NCBI GenBank assembly: GCA_963744145.1
Contig: CAVUSO010000001.1
Location: 2,528,001-2,592,000 of the forward strand
Direction: 5' to 3'
DNA from: an uncultured cyanobacterium
GTDB lineage: Bacteria > Cyanobacteriota > Cyanobacteriia > Cyanobacteriales > CAWUOF01
DNA length: 64,000 bases
Shown: piece after piece, positions 41,318-51,085 of the stretch
How positions within the stretch are numbered: the stretch's first letter is position 1
Layout of the letters: each line of letters starts with the position of its first letter
Made by a program: the position numbers and the translations under genes
Notes under the pieces: generated by a model
Databases searched by the model: none
What the model was told of the DNA's origin: nothing
What the model saw: the letters and a program-made list of their open reading frames with translations, nothing else

Positions 41318-42379
41318 GTGTTAATCCCCACAAAAGTCCCATGCCCAGAGTTCTTGATCCGCTTCTGGGACAGGCTCAACCAGCATTCAACTAAAACCTT
41401 TACTTTATTATTTGCACTTGGTCTCAGTTTAAGTTTGCTAGTTTCTGCTTGTAGTTCTAGCAATCAAACTAATTCAACTGCGATCGCACCAACAGACCAT
41501 GGGAGTCCACAAAAAAGTAGCATTGTGCGAATTGGATATCAGAAATACGGAACCATAAACATCGTCAAAGCGAAGAAGAGTCTAGATGAACGATTGAAAG
41601 CTGAGGGAGTTACCGTACAATGGCTGCTATTTCCTGCTGGTCCCCAAATGCTAGAGGCAATGAATGTAGGTAGTATTGACTTCGGACATACGGGAGAAGC
41701 TCCACCGATCTTTGCTCAAGCCGCTGGTACACCCTTAATTTATGCTGCCAATGAGCCACCTAACCCCAAAGGAGAAGCGATTCTAGTCCCTAAAGATTCT
41801 CCAATTAAGGATGTCTCCGAACTCAAAGGCAAAACAGTTGCCTTTAACAAGGGTTCCAATGTGCATTATCTAGTAGTTGAAGCATTAAAAGCAGCTGGAC
41901 TGAAATATAGCGATATTAAACACGCATCTTTACCACCAGCCGATGCCAGGGCTGCTTTTGAGCAAGGAAAGGTTGATGCTTGGGCAATTTGGGACCCCTT
42001 TTACACTGCCGCCAAACGAGCAACTGGAGCGCGGGTTTTGCAAGATGGAGAGGGTTTAGTTGCAAATCGGGAATTCTACTTAGCAACTAAGACTTTTGCA
42101 GACCAACAACCTCAGTATCTCAAGATCATTTTAGAAGAAATCCAGAAAATAGATGATTGGGCAGCGTCTCAATCTACTGAAGTAGCCAACCTACTATCGC
42201 CTGAGCTGGGCATTGATGTTCCTACTTTAGAGGAAATAACTAAACGACGTCCTTATGGAGTTCAAGCCATTACCAATGAAGCGATCGCCTATCAGCAAAA
42301 AATTGCCGATACATTCTATGACCTGAAAGTGCTTCCCAAGGAAATCAAGATTAGCGAGGTTGCCCAGGTAGCTAAATAG
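41318..42379 (+). CDS. ssuA: Aliphatic sulfonate ABC transporter substrate-binding lipoprotein
   Basis: Lipobox VSAC; RIGYQK, FPAGPQMLEA, GEAPPIFAQAAG, VDAWAIWDP. Confidence 0.93.
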   Translation: MLIPTKVPCPEFLIRFWDRLNQHSTKTFTLLFALGLSLSLLVSACSSSNQTNSTAIAPTDHGSPQKSSIVRIGYQKYGTINIVKAKKSLDERLKAEGVTVQWLLFPAGPQMLEAMNVGSIDFGHTGEAPPIFAQAAGTPLIYAANEPPNPKGEAILVPKDSPIKDVSELKGKTVAFNKGSNVHYLVVEALKAAGLKYSDIKHASLPPADARAAFEQGKVDAWAIWDPFYTAAKRATGARVLQDGEGLVANREFYLATKTFADQQPQYLKIILEEIQKIDDWAASQSTEVANLLSPELGIDVPTLEEITKRRPYGVQAITNEAIAYQQKIADTFYDLKVLPKEIKISEVAQVAK

Positions 42380-42480
42380 CAAAAGATGGAAGGAAACGCT
42401 GATTTCCAACCATCTAATCAAGCAAATTGAACTTGCTTTTTAGCGCATTTTATGCAATATTCAACTTTATTCACAATAAC

Positions 42481-42506
42481 TACGGTAACCTTATCGACTC
42501 ACCGTA
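42481..42506 (+). promoter_or_regulatory. Candidate sulfur-regulon operator upstream of ssuD
   Basis: TACGGT-N14-ACCGTA palindrome, similar to the site at 41210. Confidence 0.5.
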
Positions 42507-42525
42507 GTTTAAAGGATCGATAACT

Positions 42526-43689
42526 ATGCAGATTCTTTGGTTTTTTCCCACCCATGGTGATGGACGCTATCTAGGTACAGCTTATGGCGGACGAGCTGTC
42601 ACCCATGAATATTTGCAGCAAATTGCTCAAGCTGTTGACAATTTAGGCTATACAGGTGCGTTGATTCCGACTGGGCGATCGTGTGAAGATGCCTGGGTCG
42701 CAGCATCTTCTCTTATCTCTGTCACCAAACGCATGAAATTCCTGGTGGCAATCCGTCCGGGAATTACCTCACCATCAGTAGCAGCTAGGATGGCATCAAC
42801 CTTTGACAGGCTGTCAAATGGACGATTATTAGTTAATGTAGTGACAGGTGGTGATCCGGTTGAACTAGCTGGAGATGGGTTGCACCTAAGTCATGATGAG
42901 CGTTATGACTTAACTGATGAGTTTTTAACAATTTGGCGAGGCATTGTTAGTGGAGAAACGGTTGACCTGGAAGGGCGTTATCTGAATGTTAAAGGTAGCA
43001 AACTTTTATTTCCACCCATCCAAAACCCCTATCCTTCCCTCTGGTTTGGTGGTTCCTCGGCTGCGGCAAAACAGGTTGCAGCAAAACATATTGATGTTTA
43101 TCTGACTTGGGGAGAACCACCACAACAGGTTGCCCAAAAAATTGCCGATGTGCGCCGATTAGCAGCCGAACAAGGTAGAACTATCCAGTTTGGCATTCGC
43201 TTACACGTTATTGTGCGGGAAACCAAGAGTGAAGCTTGGGATGGGGCAAATGACCTAATTAAGTATGTCGATGACGAAGCGATCGCTACAGCTCAAAAAG
43301 CATTTTCCCGTGCTGACTCAGAAGGACAGCGATTAATGAGTCAACTTCATAACGGTAGTCGAGCAGCGTTAGAAATCAGCCCCAATCTTTGGGCAGGAGT
43401 TGGGTTAGTGCGCGGTGGTGCGGGAACAGCCTTGGTGGGAGATGCTGATACTGTTGTAAAACGAATGCTGGAGTATCAAGAAGTAGGGATTGATAAATTC
43501 ATTTTCTCCGGCTATCCCCACTTAGAAGAAGCCTATCGAGTCGCAGAACTATTATTCCCACGTCTCCCCTTAGACAAGGAACACCAACCGACACCACTAA
43601 AAACTCATATTATGAGTCCATTTGGTGAAATTGTTGCCAACGAAAATTTCCCAAAACCCCAAAAATTTACTCCAGCAAGTGCATCGTAA
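42526..43689 (+). CDS. ssuD: FMNH2-dependent alkanesulfonate monooxygenase
   Basis: [45 protein letters not shown]. Confidence 0.97.
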   Translation: MQILWFFPTHGDGRYLGTAYGGRAVTHEYLQQIAQAVDNLGYTGALIPTGRSCEDAWVAASSLISVTKRMKFLVAIRPGITSPSVAARMASTFDRLSNGRLLVNVVTGGDPVELAGDGLHLSHDERYDLTDEFLTIWRGIVSGETVDLEGRYLNVKGSKLLFPPIQNPYPSLWFGGSSAAAKQVAAKHIDVYLTWGEPPQQVAQKIADVRRLAAEQGRTIQFGIRLHVIVRETKSEAWDGANDLIKYVDDEAIATAQKAFSRADSEGQRLMSQLHNGSRAALEISPNLWAGVGLVRGGAGTALVGDADTVVKRMLEYQEVGIDKFIFSGYPHLEEAYRVAELLFPRLPLDKEHQPTPLKTHIMSPFGEIVANENFPKPQKFTPASAS

Positions 43690-43716
43690 AAAGACTCAAT
43701 TTCAGCGGATTCGAGT

Positions 43717-44502
43717 ATGAACAATAAATGGTTTAAGAATCAGCAAATTCAGCAATTAATTCCTTGGATTGTGCCAATTATCCTAATAATTATCTGGCAA
43801 TTTTTGGTGGAGATAGATTGGCTTTCCACGAGAGTTTTGCCAGCACCCACAAGTGTTTTAAGTGCAGGGATACGACTTACGGCTAGCGGAGAATTATTCC
43901 AAAATATCAGCATTAGTGCTTGGCGTGCGATCGCTGGTTTCATTATTGGTGGAAGTATTGGATTATTCCTAGGATTGCTCAATGGGATTTTTCCAATTGC
44001 GGAAAAGATTTTGGACACTTCCGTGCAAATGATCCGCAATATTCCCCACCTAGCCCTAATTCCTCTAGTAATTTTATGGTTTGGAATTGGAGATACAGCC
44101 AGAGTATTTCTAGTTTCTCTAGGGGTATTTTTCCCGATGTACATTAACACTTTTTATGGCATTAGATCCATTGAACCCGGACTGATTGAAATGGGCAAAA
44201 TCTACGGATTAAATCAAACCGGGCTACTCTGGCAAATTATTATCCCTGGTGCCATGCCTTCTATTTTGGTAGGAGTGCGGTATTCCTTGGGAATCATGTG
44301 GATTACTTTGATTGTAGCGGAAACAATTGCTTCAGATTCAGGCATTGGTTATATGGCAATGAATGCTCGGGAGTTCCTCCAAACCGATGTGGTGGTATTA
44401 AGCATTTTACTCTATGCCATCTTAGGAAAATTAGCAGATTTCGGAGCCAAACTACTAGAAGCTAAGTTGCTTTCTTGGCATCCCAATCACCAGCTAGCTT
44501 AA
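43717..44502 (+). CDS. ssuC: Aliphatic sulfonate ABC transporter permease
   Basis: RNIPHLALIPLVILWFG, GIGYMAMNAREF. Confidence 0.95.
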   Translation: MNNKWFKNQQIQQLIPWIVPIILIIIWQFLVEIDWLSTRVLPAPTSVLSAGIRLTASGELFQNISISAWRAIAGFIIGGSIGLFLGLLNGIFPIAEKILDTSVQMIRNIPHLALIPLVILWFGIGDTARVFLVSLGVFFPMYINTFYGIRSIEPGLIEMGKIYGLNQTGLLWQIIIPGAMPSILVGVRYSLGIMWITLIVAETIASDSGIGYMAMNAREFLQTDVVVLSILLYAILGKLADFGAKLLEAKLLSWHPNHQLA

Positions 44503-44543
44503 AAGATTTGAGGAGTCTTGTTGTAAATAAGGAGTTTTAAAAG

Positions 44544-45308
44544 ATGATGACAATTAGCAACGGCACAGAGATAAAAATATGGGATTTGACCAAAACCTTT
44601 GGTAACCGGGCTGTTTTAAAGTCAACAAATTTAGAAGTGAATCCTGGTGAATTTATTGCAATTGTAGGTAGAAGCGGTTGCGGTAAAAGCACGCTACTGC
44701 GGCTGATTGCAGGGTTAGAAACACCTACCGATGGGAGAGTGTTACTAGATGGAGAGCCCATCCGTAAACTCACCCATTCAGTAAGAGTGATGTTTCAGGA
44801 TTCACGTCTGCTGCCATGGAAACCTGTGATCGAAAATGTGGGACTTGGTTTGGAGGGTAACTGGCAATTCAGAGCAGAGTGGGCGCTCAATCAAGTCGGA
44901 CTTAACGAGCGAGCTAAAGATTGGCCTGCTTTACTTTCTGGTGGACAACGGCAGAGAGTGGCACTAGCTAGGGCATTAGTCAGTCATCCGCGTTTATTGT
45001 TGCTCGATGAACCTCTGGGAGCATTAGATGCTTTAACTCGAATTGAGATGCAGAATTTGATTGAAAAATTGTGGCAGGAGCAGAAATTTACAGCACTGTT
45101 GGTGACCCATGATGTAGAAGAAGCTGTGGTCTTGGGTGATCGAGTAGTGTTGATTGAAGAGGGGCAGATTGCACTAGATCTCCAAGTAGCACTCCCGCGC
45201 CCTCGAAACCGAAGCAATGTGGCATTTGCGACTCTGGTAGAGCAAGTTCTAGAACGAGTCTTAAAAAAAGGAGAAAGTCAGAGAAAACTTCAAGCATCTA
45301 TTCTTTAA
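44544..45308 (+). CDS. ssuB: Aliphatic sulfonate ABC transporter ATP-binding protein
   Basis: [33 protein letters not shown]. Confidence 0.93.
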   Translation: MMTISNGTEIKIWDLTKTFGNRAVLKSTNLEVNPGEFIAIVGRSGCGKSTLLRLIAGLETPTDGRVLLDGEPIRKLTHSVRVMFQDSRLLPWKPVIENVGLGLEGNWQFRAEWALNQVGLNERAKDWPALLSGGQRQRVALARALVSHPRLLLLDEPLGALDALTRIEMQNLIEKLWQEQKFTALLVTHDVEEAVVLGDRVVLIEEGQIALDLQVALPRPRNRSNVAFATLVEQVLERVLKKGESQRKLQASIL

Positions 45309-45424
45309 CTGAACCAAAATGATTAAGATGTAGAGCTTTATCTTCAGCTTAAACCAATATTTCAAAACTAACCCAAATTAGCAAATTATGGGTGGTTTTG
45401 GTTACAAAAAGTCATCTAAATCCT

Positions 45425-45667
45425 TAGTAAAATTTGGCTAATCAGATCACGATCAGGACTGAGGGAGTCTAAAAATCATCCGAGGGAGATTTTTTGAGTT
45501 TCAGTTTGTTGCAGTCGTTCGGTCGAGTCAAGGAGTCAAGCGTAGCCACTCCAACTATTGAGCAATTCTTGACGGGAAATAAAGCGTTTACCGCTCGCTG
45601 GATCTGCTACTAACAGGCGAGCGCCTTTAACTCGGTAAACAACTACATAATGTATTCCTTCCCAATA
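45425..45667 (-). pseudogene. Fragment of a C39-peptidase-domain ABC transporter (HlyB/SunT type)
   Basis: Hand translation: YWEGIHYVVVYRVKGARLLVADPASGKRFISRQELLNSWSGYA*LLDSTERL..SLG*FL; two in-frame stops. Confidence 0.75.
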
Positions 45668-45669
45668 TA

Positions 45670-45798
45670 GTTCAGCTAAGTGTAGGGGTGAAGCATGTTT
45701 AGCGACAATTGAGCGATCAACTTTTACCCGCTCGTTTACCCTGAGCGTAGTCGAAGGGTATTAATATTATACCTGAATGCTTCACCCTTCTTCTGCCT
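45670..45798. repeat. GGGTGAAGCAT REP doublet with inner CCCTGAGCGTAGTCGAAGGG module
   Basis: Reverse complement of 12138-12265. Confidence 0.85.
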
Positions 45799-46161
45799 TC
45801 TTAATATAAGTTCAATTAAAGTTATATATATTTACATATATGCCTCAATAACGCTAATAAAAAATTAGTAATATTTAAGCTTTCTTCACAATACTGAGCC
45901 TAAATTTTTTAATAATAGTGTAATATATTTGATCCAGGTTTATATAAAAATGCCGAATTTGAACTTTCTGATCATGTTATATCTAAGCTAAAAAAAGTTG
46001 AGTTAATGCCGGAAATTATTTAGAGCGGATCATTTTTCTCCTCAACCAGATGATGTTAAGATGAAAAAATCAACTTAAACTCAGACTGAAAATTATTGCT
46101 GCTAGCAATTGCATGAGAGGATATATTTTTATTAATTCATTGCCTGTAGAGGAATTTTGCC

Positions 46162-46722
46162 ATGTGGTGTCCATTATGCCAGCATACAGACAGTCGGGTA
46201 CTTGAGTCGCGAGCAGCAGAAGCAGGTCAGAGTGTACGCAGAAGAAGGGAATGTTTAAATTGTAAGGGACGTTTTACAACTTACGAACGGATTGAATTTG
46301 TCTCGATTACCATCATCAAACGGGATGACCAAAGAGAATCCTTTGACCGTTCAAAATTATTGCGGGGAATTATTCGTGCCTGTGAGAAAACAGGTATTCC
46401 CGTCGGACGCTTAGAGACAATTGTAGAAGAAATCGAAGCCGAATTACAACAAAGAGCAGTCAGGGAAGTAACCAGTAACGAAGTTGGGGAGTTAGTATTG
46501 AAACAATTGCAAGGTTTAAGTGAAGTAGCTTACGTGCGATTTGCTTCAGTTTATCGAAAATTTCAAGGAATTAGAGATTTTGTGAATGCGCTCAATGATT
46601 TACAAACTCTGGTCGGTCAAAATTCAGAACCAGTCAAATTGGTAGAAATTTCCAGATCAGAACCAAGTAGAGAACCTATAAGCGATCGCGAACCAGAAAC
46701 CACTTTGATTACCCATGTTTAA
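46162..46722 (+). CDS. nrdR: Transcriptional repressor NrdR
   Basis: [36 protein letters not shown]. Confidence 0.97.
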   Translation: MWCPLCQHTDSRVLESRAAEAGQSVRRRRECLNCKGRFTTYERIEFVSITIIKRDDQRESFDRSKLLRGIIRACEKTGIPVGRLETIVEEIEAELQQRAVREVTSNEVGELVLKQLQGLSEVAYVRFASVYRKFQGIRDFVNALNDLQTLVGQNSEPVKLVEISRSEPSREPISDREPETTLITHV

Positions 46723-46957
46723 TCCCCCAGTTATGGGGCCATCACGCTCTAGTTGGGCTGAGGGAAAACTTTTCAATTAAAAAAGGTAAAATAAAGTTTT
46801 TTAAAAAGAGATTGACTGAGTTATAATAGTCTTTCTGAACTCCAACTAAGTAAACGTGATAAACGTGGAAATCCTTTGCCAAATCTAGGCACAAGCCCTC
46901 AAACGCAGATTGCGTGCGATCGCCAACACCTAGAAGCAGAGGAAAAAAAACCTCTCC

Positions 46958-47066
46958 TACAATAGTAGTTGGAGCGAAGTAGGTGTAGGCGGCACATTTC
47001 ATTAGGTGCGTGTACATCGACAGGAGGCACAACCATTACAAAGATCACAATTAGGAAACGATTCGC
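46958..47066 (+). promoter_or_regulatory. Putative -10 box and structured rpsA leader
   Basis: TACAAT at 46958; GGTGTAGGC-GGCAC..GTGC-GTGTACATC pairing upstream of the S1 gene. Confidence 0.45.
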
Positions 47067-48092
47067 ATGGTCAATCTGAAAACACCCGCCCAAGATGTTG
47101 GCTTTACTCACGCAGATTTTGCGGCCCTACTCGACAAATATGATTATCACTTTAGTCCAGGTGATGTCGTTGCGGGTACGGTATTTAGTCTAGAGCCGAG
47201 GGGCGCACTGATTGACATTGGTGCTAAAACCGCCGCATATATTCCCATTCAGGAAATGTCAATCAACCGGGTTGACGCCCCGGAAGAAGTTCTCCAATCA
47301 AACGAGACTAGAGAATTTTTTATTCTCACCGATGAAAATGAAGATGGACAACTAACCCTTTCCATCCGCAGAATTGAATATATGCGGGCGTGGGAACGGG
47401 TCAGACAATTACAAGCGGAAGACGCTACAGTCCGCTCTAACGTTTTTGCCACCAATCGCGGTGGAGCGTTGGTCAGAATTGAAGGGCTACGTGGATTCAT
47501 TCCCGGTTCTCATATTAGTACCCGGAAGCCGAAGGAAGATTTGGTGGGAGAAGAACTGCCCCTAAAATTTTTAGAGGTAGATGAAGATCGGAACCGTTTG
47601 GTTTTAAGTCATCGTCGAGCGTTAGTAGAACGCAAGATGAACCGACTAGAAGTTGGAGAAGTAGTAATCGGGACAGTTCGTGGGATCAAACCCTACGGAG
47701 CCTTTATTGATATTGGTGGTGTGAGTGGACTACTGCACATCTCAGAAATTTCTCACGATCATATTGATACGCCCCACAGTGTATTTAATGTTAATGATGA
47801 AGTAAAGGTCATGATTATTGACTTGGATGCGGAAAGAGGAAGGATCTCGCTGTCAACGAAGCAGTTAGAACCCGAACCAGGAGCAATGGTTAAAAATCCG
47901 CAGCTGGTTTATGACAAAGCTGAAGAGATGGCTGCCAAATATCGGGAACAAATGCGAGCTAAACAACAAGCTAGTCGTGGTCAAACAGCAGAAGCTGTGT
48001 CGGAAGAAGTACCAGCTGCCATACCTGATGCGATCCCAGAAGAAGAGCTGCAAGATCTACCTTCTGCAACTGAAGACGATATCATTGAGTAA
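47067..48092 (+). CDS. rpsA: 30S ribosomal protein S1 (cyanobacterial three-S1-domain type)
   Basis: FAALLDKYDYHF, LRGFIPGSH, GLLHISEISH. Confidence 0.97.
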   Translation: MVNLKTPAQDVGFTHADFAALLDKYDYHFSPGDVVAGTVFSLEPRGALIDIGAKTAAYIPIQEMSINRVDAPEEVLQSNETREFFILTDENEDGQLTLSIRRIEYMRAWERVRQLQAEDATVRSNVFATNRGGALVRIEGLRGFIPGSHISTRKPKEDLVGEELPLKFLEVDEDRNRLVLSHRRALVERKMNRLEVGEVVIGTVRGIKPYGAFIDIGGVSGLLHISEISHDHIDTPHSVFNVNDEVKVMIIDLDAERGRISLSTKQLEPEPGAMVKNPQLVYDKAEEMAAKYREQMRAKQQASRGQTAEAVSEEVPAAIPDAIPEEELQDLPSATEDDIIE

Positions 48093-48188
48093 AAAATCAG
48101 TTTGAGTCAAAGGCAACCAACTGGAAATGAGCAAAATCAATCCAGAAATGTTGCAGCAAGAGGGAATTACCCTCTTTTTTTGTAGATA

Positions 48189-48944
48189 TTGGAGTTGGAT
48201 CAATTGGCAATTATTCAATGTGAAAATATCTTGTTTGAAAATATTCAAGCAGTAATTTTTGATAAAGATGGTACTTTGACAGATACCTCGGATTTTTTAA
48301 GAAATCTGGGACAAACGCGATCGCGTCTACTGGATGCTAAAATTCCCGGTATTGGCGATCCACTCTTAATGGCTTTTGGAATTAACGGCGATCGCATCGA
48401 CCCGACTGGGTTAATGGCTGTGGGTAGTCGTCGCGAAAACCAAATCGCTGCTGCTGCTTATGTAGCAGAAACGGGACGCAGTTGGTTTGAAGCTTTAAAT
48501 ATAGCAGCACAAGCTTTTGCTGAAGCAGACCAATGGTTTAAAAAAGTTGCCCCATCTCCCTTGTTTGTCGGTACGGTTGAGACGATCAAGCAGCTGTCTG
48601 ATGCTGGGTTAAAGCTAGGGATTCTCTCCGCGGATACAACTGAGCGAGTCCAAGCTTTGGTTGCATATTATCAATTAGGGGATTATATTCAGCTCCAAAT
48701 GGGGGTAGATGAAGGATTAAGCAAACCAGATCCAGCCTTATTTTGGCAAGCTTGTCAGTTACTGGGAGTTGAACCAAAATCAACTCTGATGGTCGGAGAT
48801 GGGATGGGAGATTTAGAAATGGCCAAAAATGCTGGTGCGGCTGGTTGTATTGGGATCGATCGGACAATGGGGAGAGTAAACCATTTATCTCTAGCAGATG
48901 TGACGATCGCGCAATTAGATCAAATCCGAATTGTGACAAATTAG
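48189..48944 (+). CDS. HAD family hydrolase
   Basis: FDKDGTL, KPDP, MVGD..DL. Confidence 0.9.
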   Translation: MELDQLAIIQCENILFENIQAVIFDKDGTLTDTSDFLRNLGQTRSRLLDAKIPGIGDPLLMAFGINGDRIDPTGLMAVGSRRENQIAAAAYVAETGRSWFEALNIAAQAFAEADQWFKKVAPSPLFVGTVETIKQLSDAGLKLGILSADTTERVQALVAYYQLGDYIQLQMGVDEGLSKPDPALFWQACQLLGVEPKSTLMVGDGMGDLEMAKNAGAAGCIGIDRTMGRVNHLSLADVTIAQLDQIRIVTN

Positions 48945-49051
48945 CCCAGTTAAGCGATAATCGCCATAAACAATTGTATACATAATTGTTGTTATGAATT
49001 TTCTTCAAATAGAGCAACCAGCCTGATAATTATCAATTGGAGGATATATCC

Positions 49052-50296
49052 TTGTCACGTCGCTACCTATTTACATCGGAATCTGTTACAGAAGGCCATC
49101 CAGATAAAATCTGCGATCAAATTTCGGATACCATTTTAGATACTCTCCTAGCTCAAGATCCCAAAAGTCGGGTAGCTGCGGAAGTTGTGGTTAATACTGG
49201 GTTAGTCCTGATTACGGGCGAAATCACCTCTAAAGCCAATATTAATTATGTTGACCTGGCTAGAAAAAAAATTGCTGAAATTGGTTATACCGATGCAGAT
49301 AACGGATTTTCTGCTAATAGCTGTTCAGTCCTAATTGCTCTGGATGAACAATCCCCCGATATTGCCCAAGGAGTTAACCAAGCGACGGAAACTCGCGAAC
49401 AATCTAGCGAAGAACAATTAGATGCGATCGGTGCTGGTGATCAAGGTTTAATGTTTGGTTTTGCTTGTAATGAAACACCAGAATTAATGCCCTTACCGAT
49501 TAGTTTAGCCCATCGGATTTGTCGTCAATTAGCAATTGCTCGTAAGAAAGGGATATTGCCTTATCTGCGTCCTGATGGCAAAAGTCAAGTTACGGTAAGC
49601 TATGAAGATGGACGTCCGATCGGCATTGATACCATTTTGGTTTCTACCCAGCATAGCCCGACTATTGGTGAGATTACTGATGCCGCAGCAATTCAAGCAG
49701 AAATTAAAGAAAATGTTTGGCATGAGGTTGTTTTACCAATATTTGCCGATTTAAGCATTAAACCAGATGCACAAACTCGCTTTCTGGTTAATCCTACTGG
49801 TAAATTTGTGATTGGCGGACCCCAGGGTGATTCTGGTCTCACTGGTCGCAAAATTATTGTGGATACCTATGGTGGTTATTCTCGTCATGGTGGTGGAGCA
49901 TTTTCTGGTAAAGACCCCACTAAAGTAGACCGTAGTGCTGCTTATGCTAGTCGTTACATGGCTAAAAATATTGTCGCTGCTGGTTTAGCTGATAAATGTG
50001 AAGTTCAATTAAGTTATGCGATCGGTGTAGCTAGACCTGTAAGTATGATGATTGATACTTTTGGGACTGGGAAAGTGGATGAAGAACGGTTGCTAGAAGT
50101 AGTAAAAAAACATTTTGAACTACGTCCGGCTGGAATTATTCAGACATTTAATTTACAAAATTTACCCAGTAAACGCAACGGTCGTTTTTACCAAGATGTA
50201 GCTGCTTATGGTCATTTCGGTAGAACTGATCTAGATTTACCTTGGGAAGCTACTGATAAAGTAGAAGCATTGCGAGCAGATTTGATTAAAGCTTAA
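49052..50296 (+). CDS. metK: S-adenosylmethionine synthase
   Basis: [31 protein letters not shown] start after GGAGG. Confidence 0.98.
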   Translation: MSRRYLFTSESVTEGHPDKICDQISDTILDTLLAQDPKSRVAAEVVVNTGLVLITGEITSKANINYVDLARKKIAEIGYTDADNGFSANSCSVLIALDEQSPDIAQGVNQATETREQSSEEQLDAIGAGDQGLMFGFACNETPELMPLPISLAHRICRQLAIARKKGILPYLRPDGKSQVTVSYEDGRPIGIDTILVSTQHSPTIGEITDAAAIQAEIKENVWHEVVLPIFADLSIKPDAQTRFLVNPTGKFVIGGPQGDSGLTGRKIIVDTYGGYSRHGGGAFSGKDPTKVDRSAAYASRYMAKNIVAAGLADKCEVQLSYAIGVARPVSMMIDTFGTGKVDEERLLEVVKKHFELRPAGIIQTFNLQNLPSKRNGRFYQDVAAYGHFGRTDLDLPWEATDKVEALRADLIKA

Positions 50297-50320
50297 CAGT
50301 GTCTGGTAAAATCAGGGTTA

Positions 50321-50418
50321 ATTGTAGGGGTGAAGTATGTTTGGCGACAATTGAACGCTCAAACGAGTAATATTAGACCCGAATGCTTCACCCAACTGCC
50401 GTCGATATCTCCCAAAAT
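50321..50418. repeat. GGGTGAAG REP doublet, empty form
   Basis: Matches 45682-45790 but lacks the inner CCCTGAGCGTAGTCGAAGGG module. Confidence 0.75.
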
Positions 50419-50643
50419 ATCCTTAAACGAACCCTATTGGGAGCACCCTTGTTGATGTTAGGTAGTGTTAGAAATCAATCATCGGCAATAAAAAAGGGGA
50501 CTTGAATTTAGTCCCCTTAACCCCAACATATTTTTGTGAATATTCTAGTTAGATTTTTGTTCCTGATGTTCAGAATATTTTAAATAACAGTTTAAAAAGT
50601 AATGGTTAGTAGAGTGATCAAAGTAATGGGTTGAAGACATAAT

Positions 50644-51023
50644 ATACAGCAGATTCTATATTGATGAAGTACAGGAAGATTGTGGGACAGGCATCTTGCC
50701 TGTCCGATCAATTCATCAGTTAAAGTTGATTGTGATTGATCTGTGTTGGTTGGGCGGGTTTTTGATAATGATCGATTTGGTGCAAAATTAATTGGTGAAC
50801 CCGCCCCTACAAATCCTGGTTAATTGTGATCATAAATTCATGGCAGAAAATATGTTTAAACATCGGCAATTAGATCACTTGTAGGGGCGGGTTCACCGAT
50901 CAATTCGCCACACACAAATAACTCTCATGAACCCGCCCAACCCCACAGATCACCTGGATGAACTCACCCATCTGACATCACAGACAACAGGGCTATACTT
51001 CATAAACCTGGAATAGGCTGTAT
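50644..51023. mobile_element. MITE-like composite element with imperfect 30-bp terminal inverted repeats
   Basis: ATACAGCAGATTCTATATTGATGAAGTACA versus the reverse complement of 50994-51023 (23/30); encloses both REPIN halves. Confidence 0.6.
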
Positions 51024-51085
51024 TTTAATCCGGTTCAGTTAATGCTCAAATAGTTGTAAATTAGGGATAGTGTCCAAAAAGCGCC

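Noticed and set aside
46742..47111. Minus-strand ORFs between nrdR and rpsA
   Set aside because: Antisense to the rpsA promoter/leader, with no protein features
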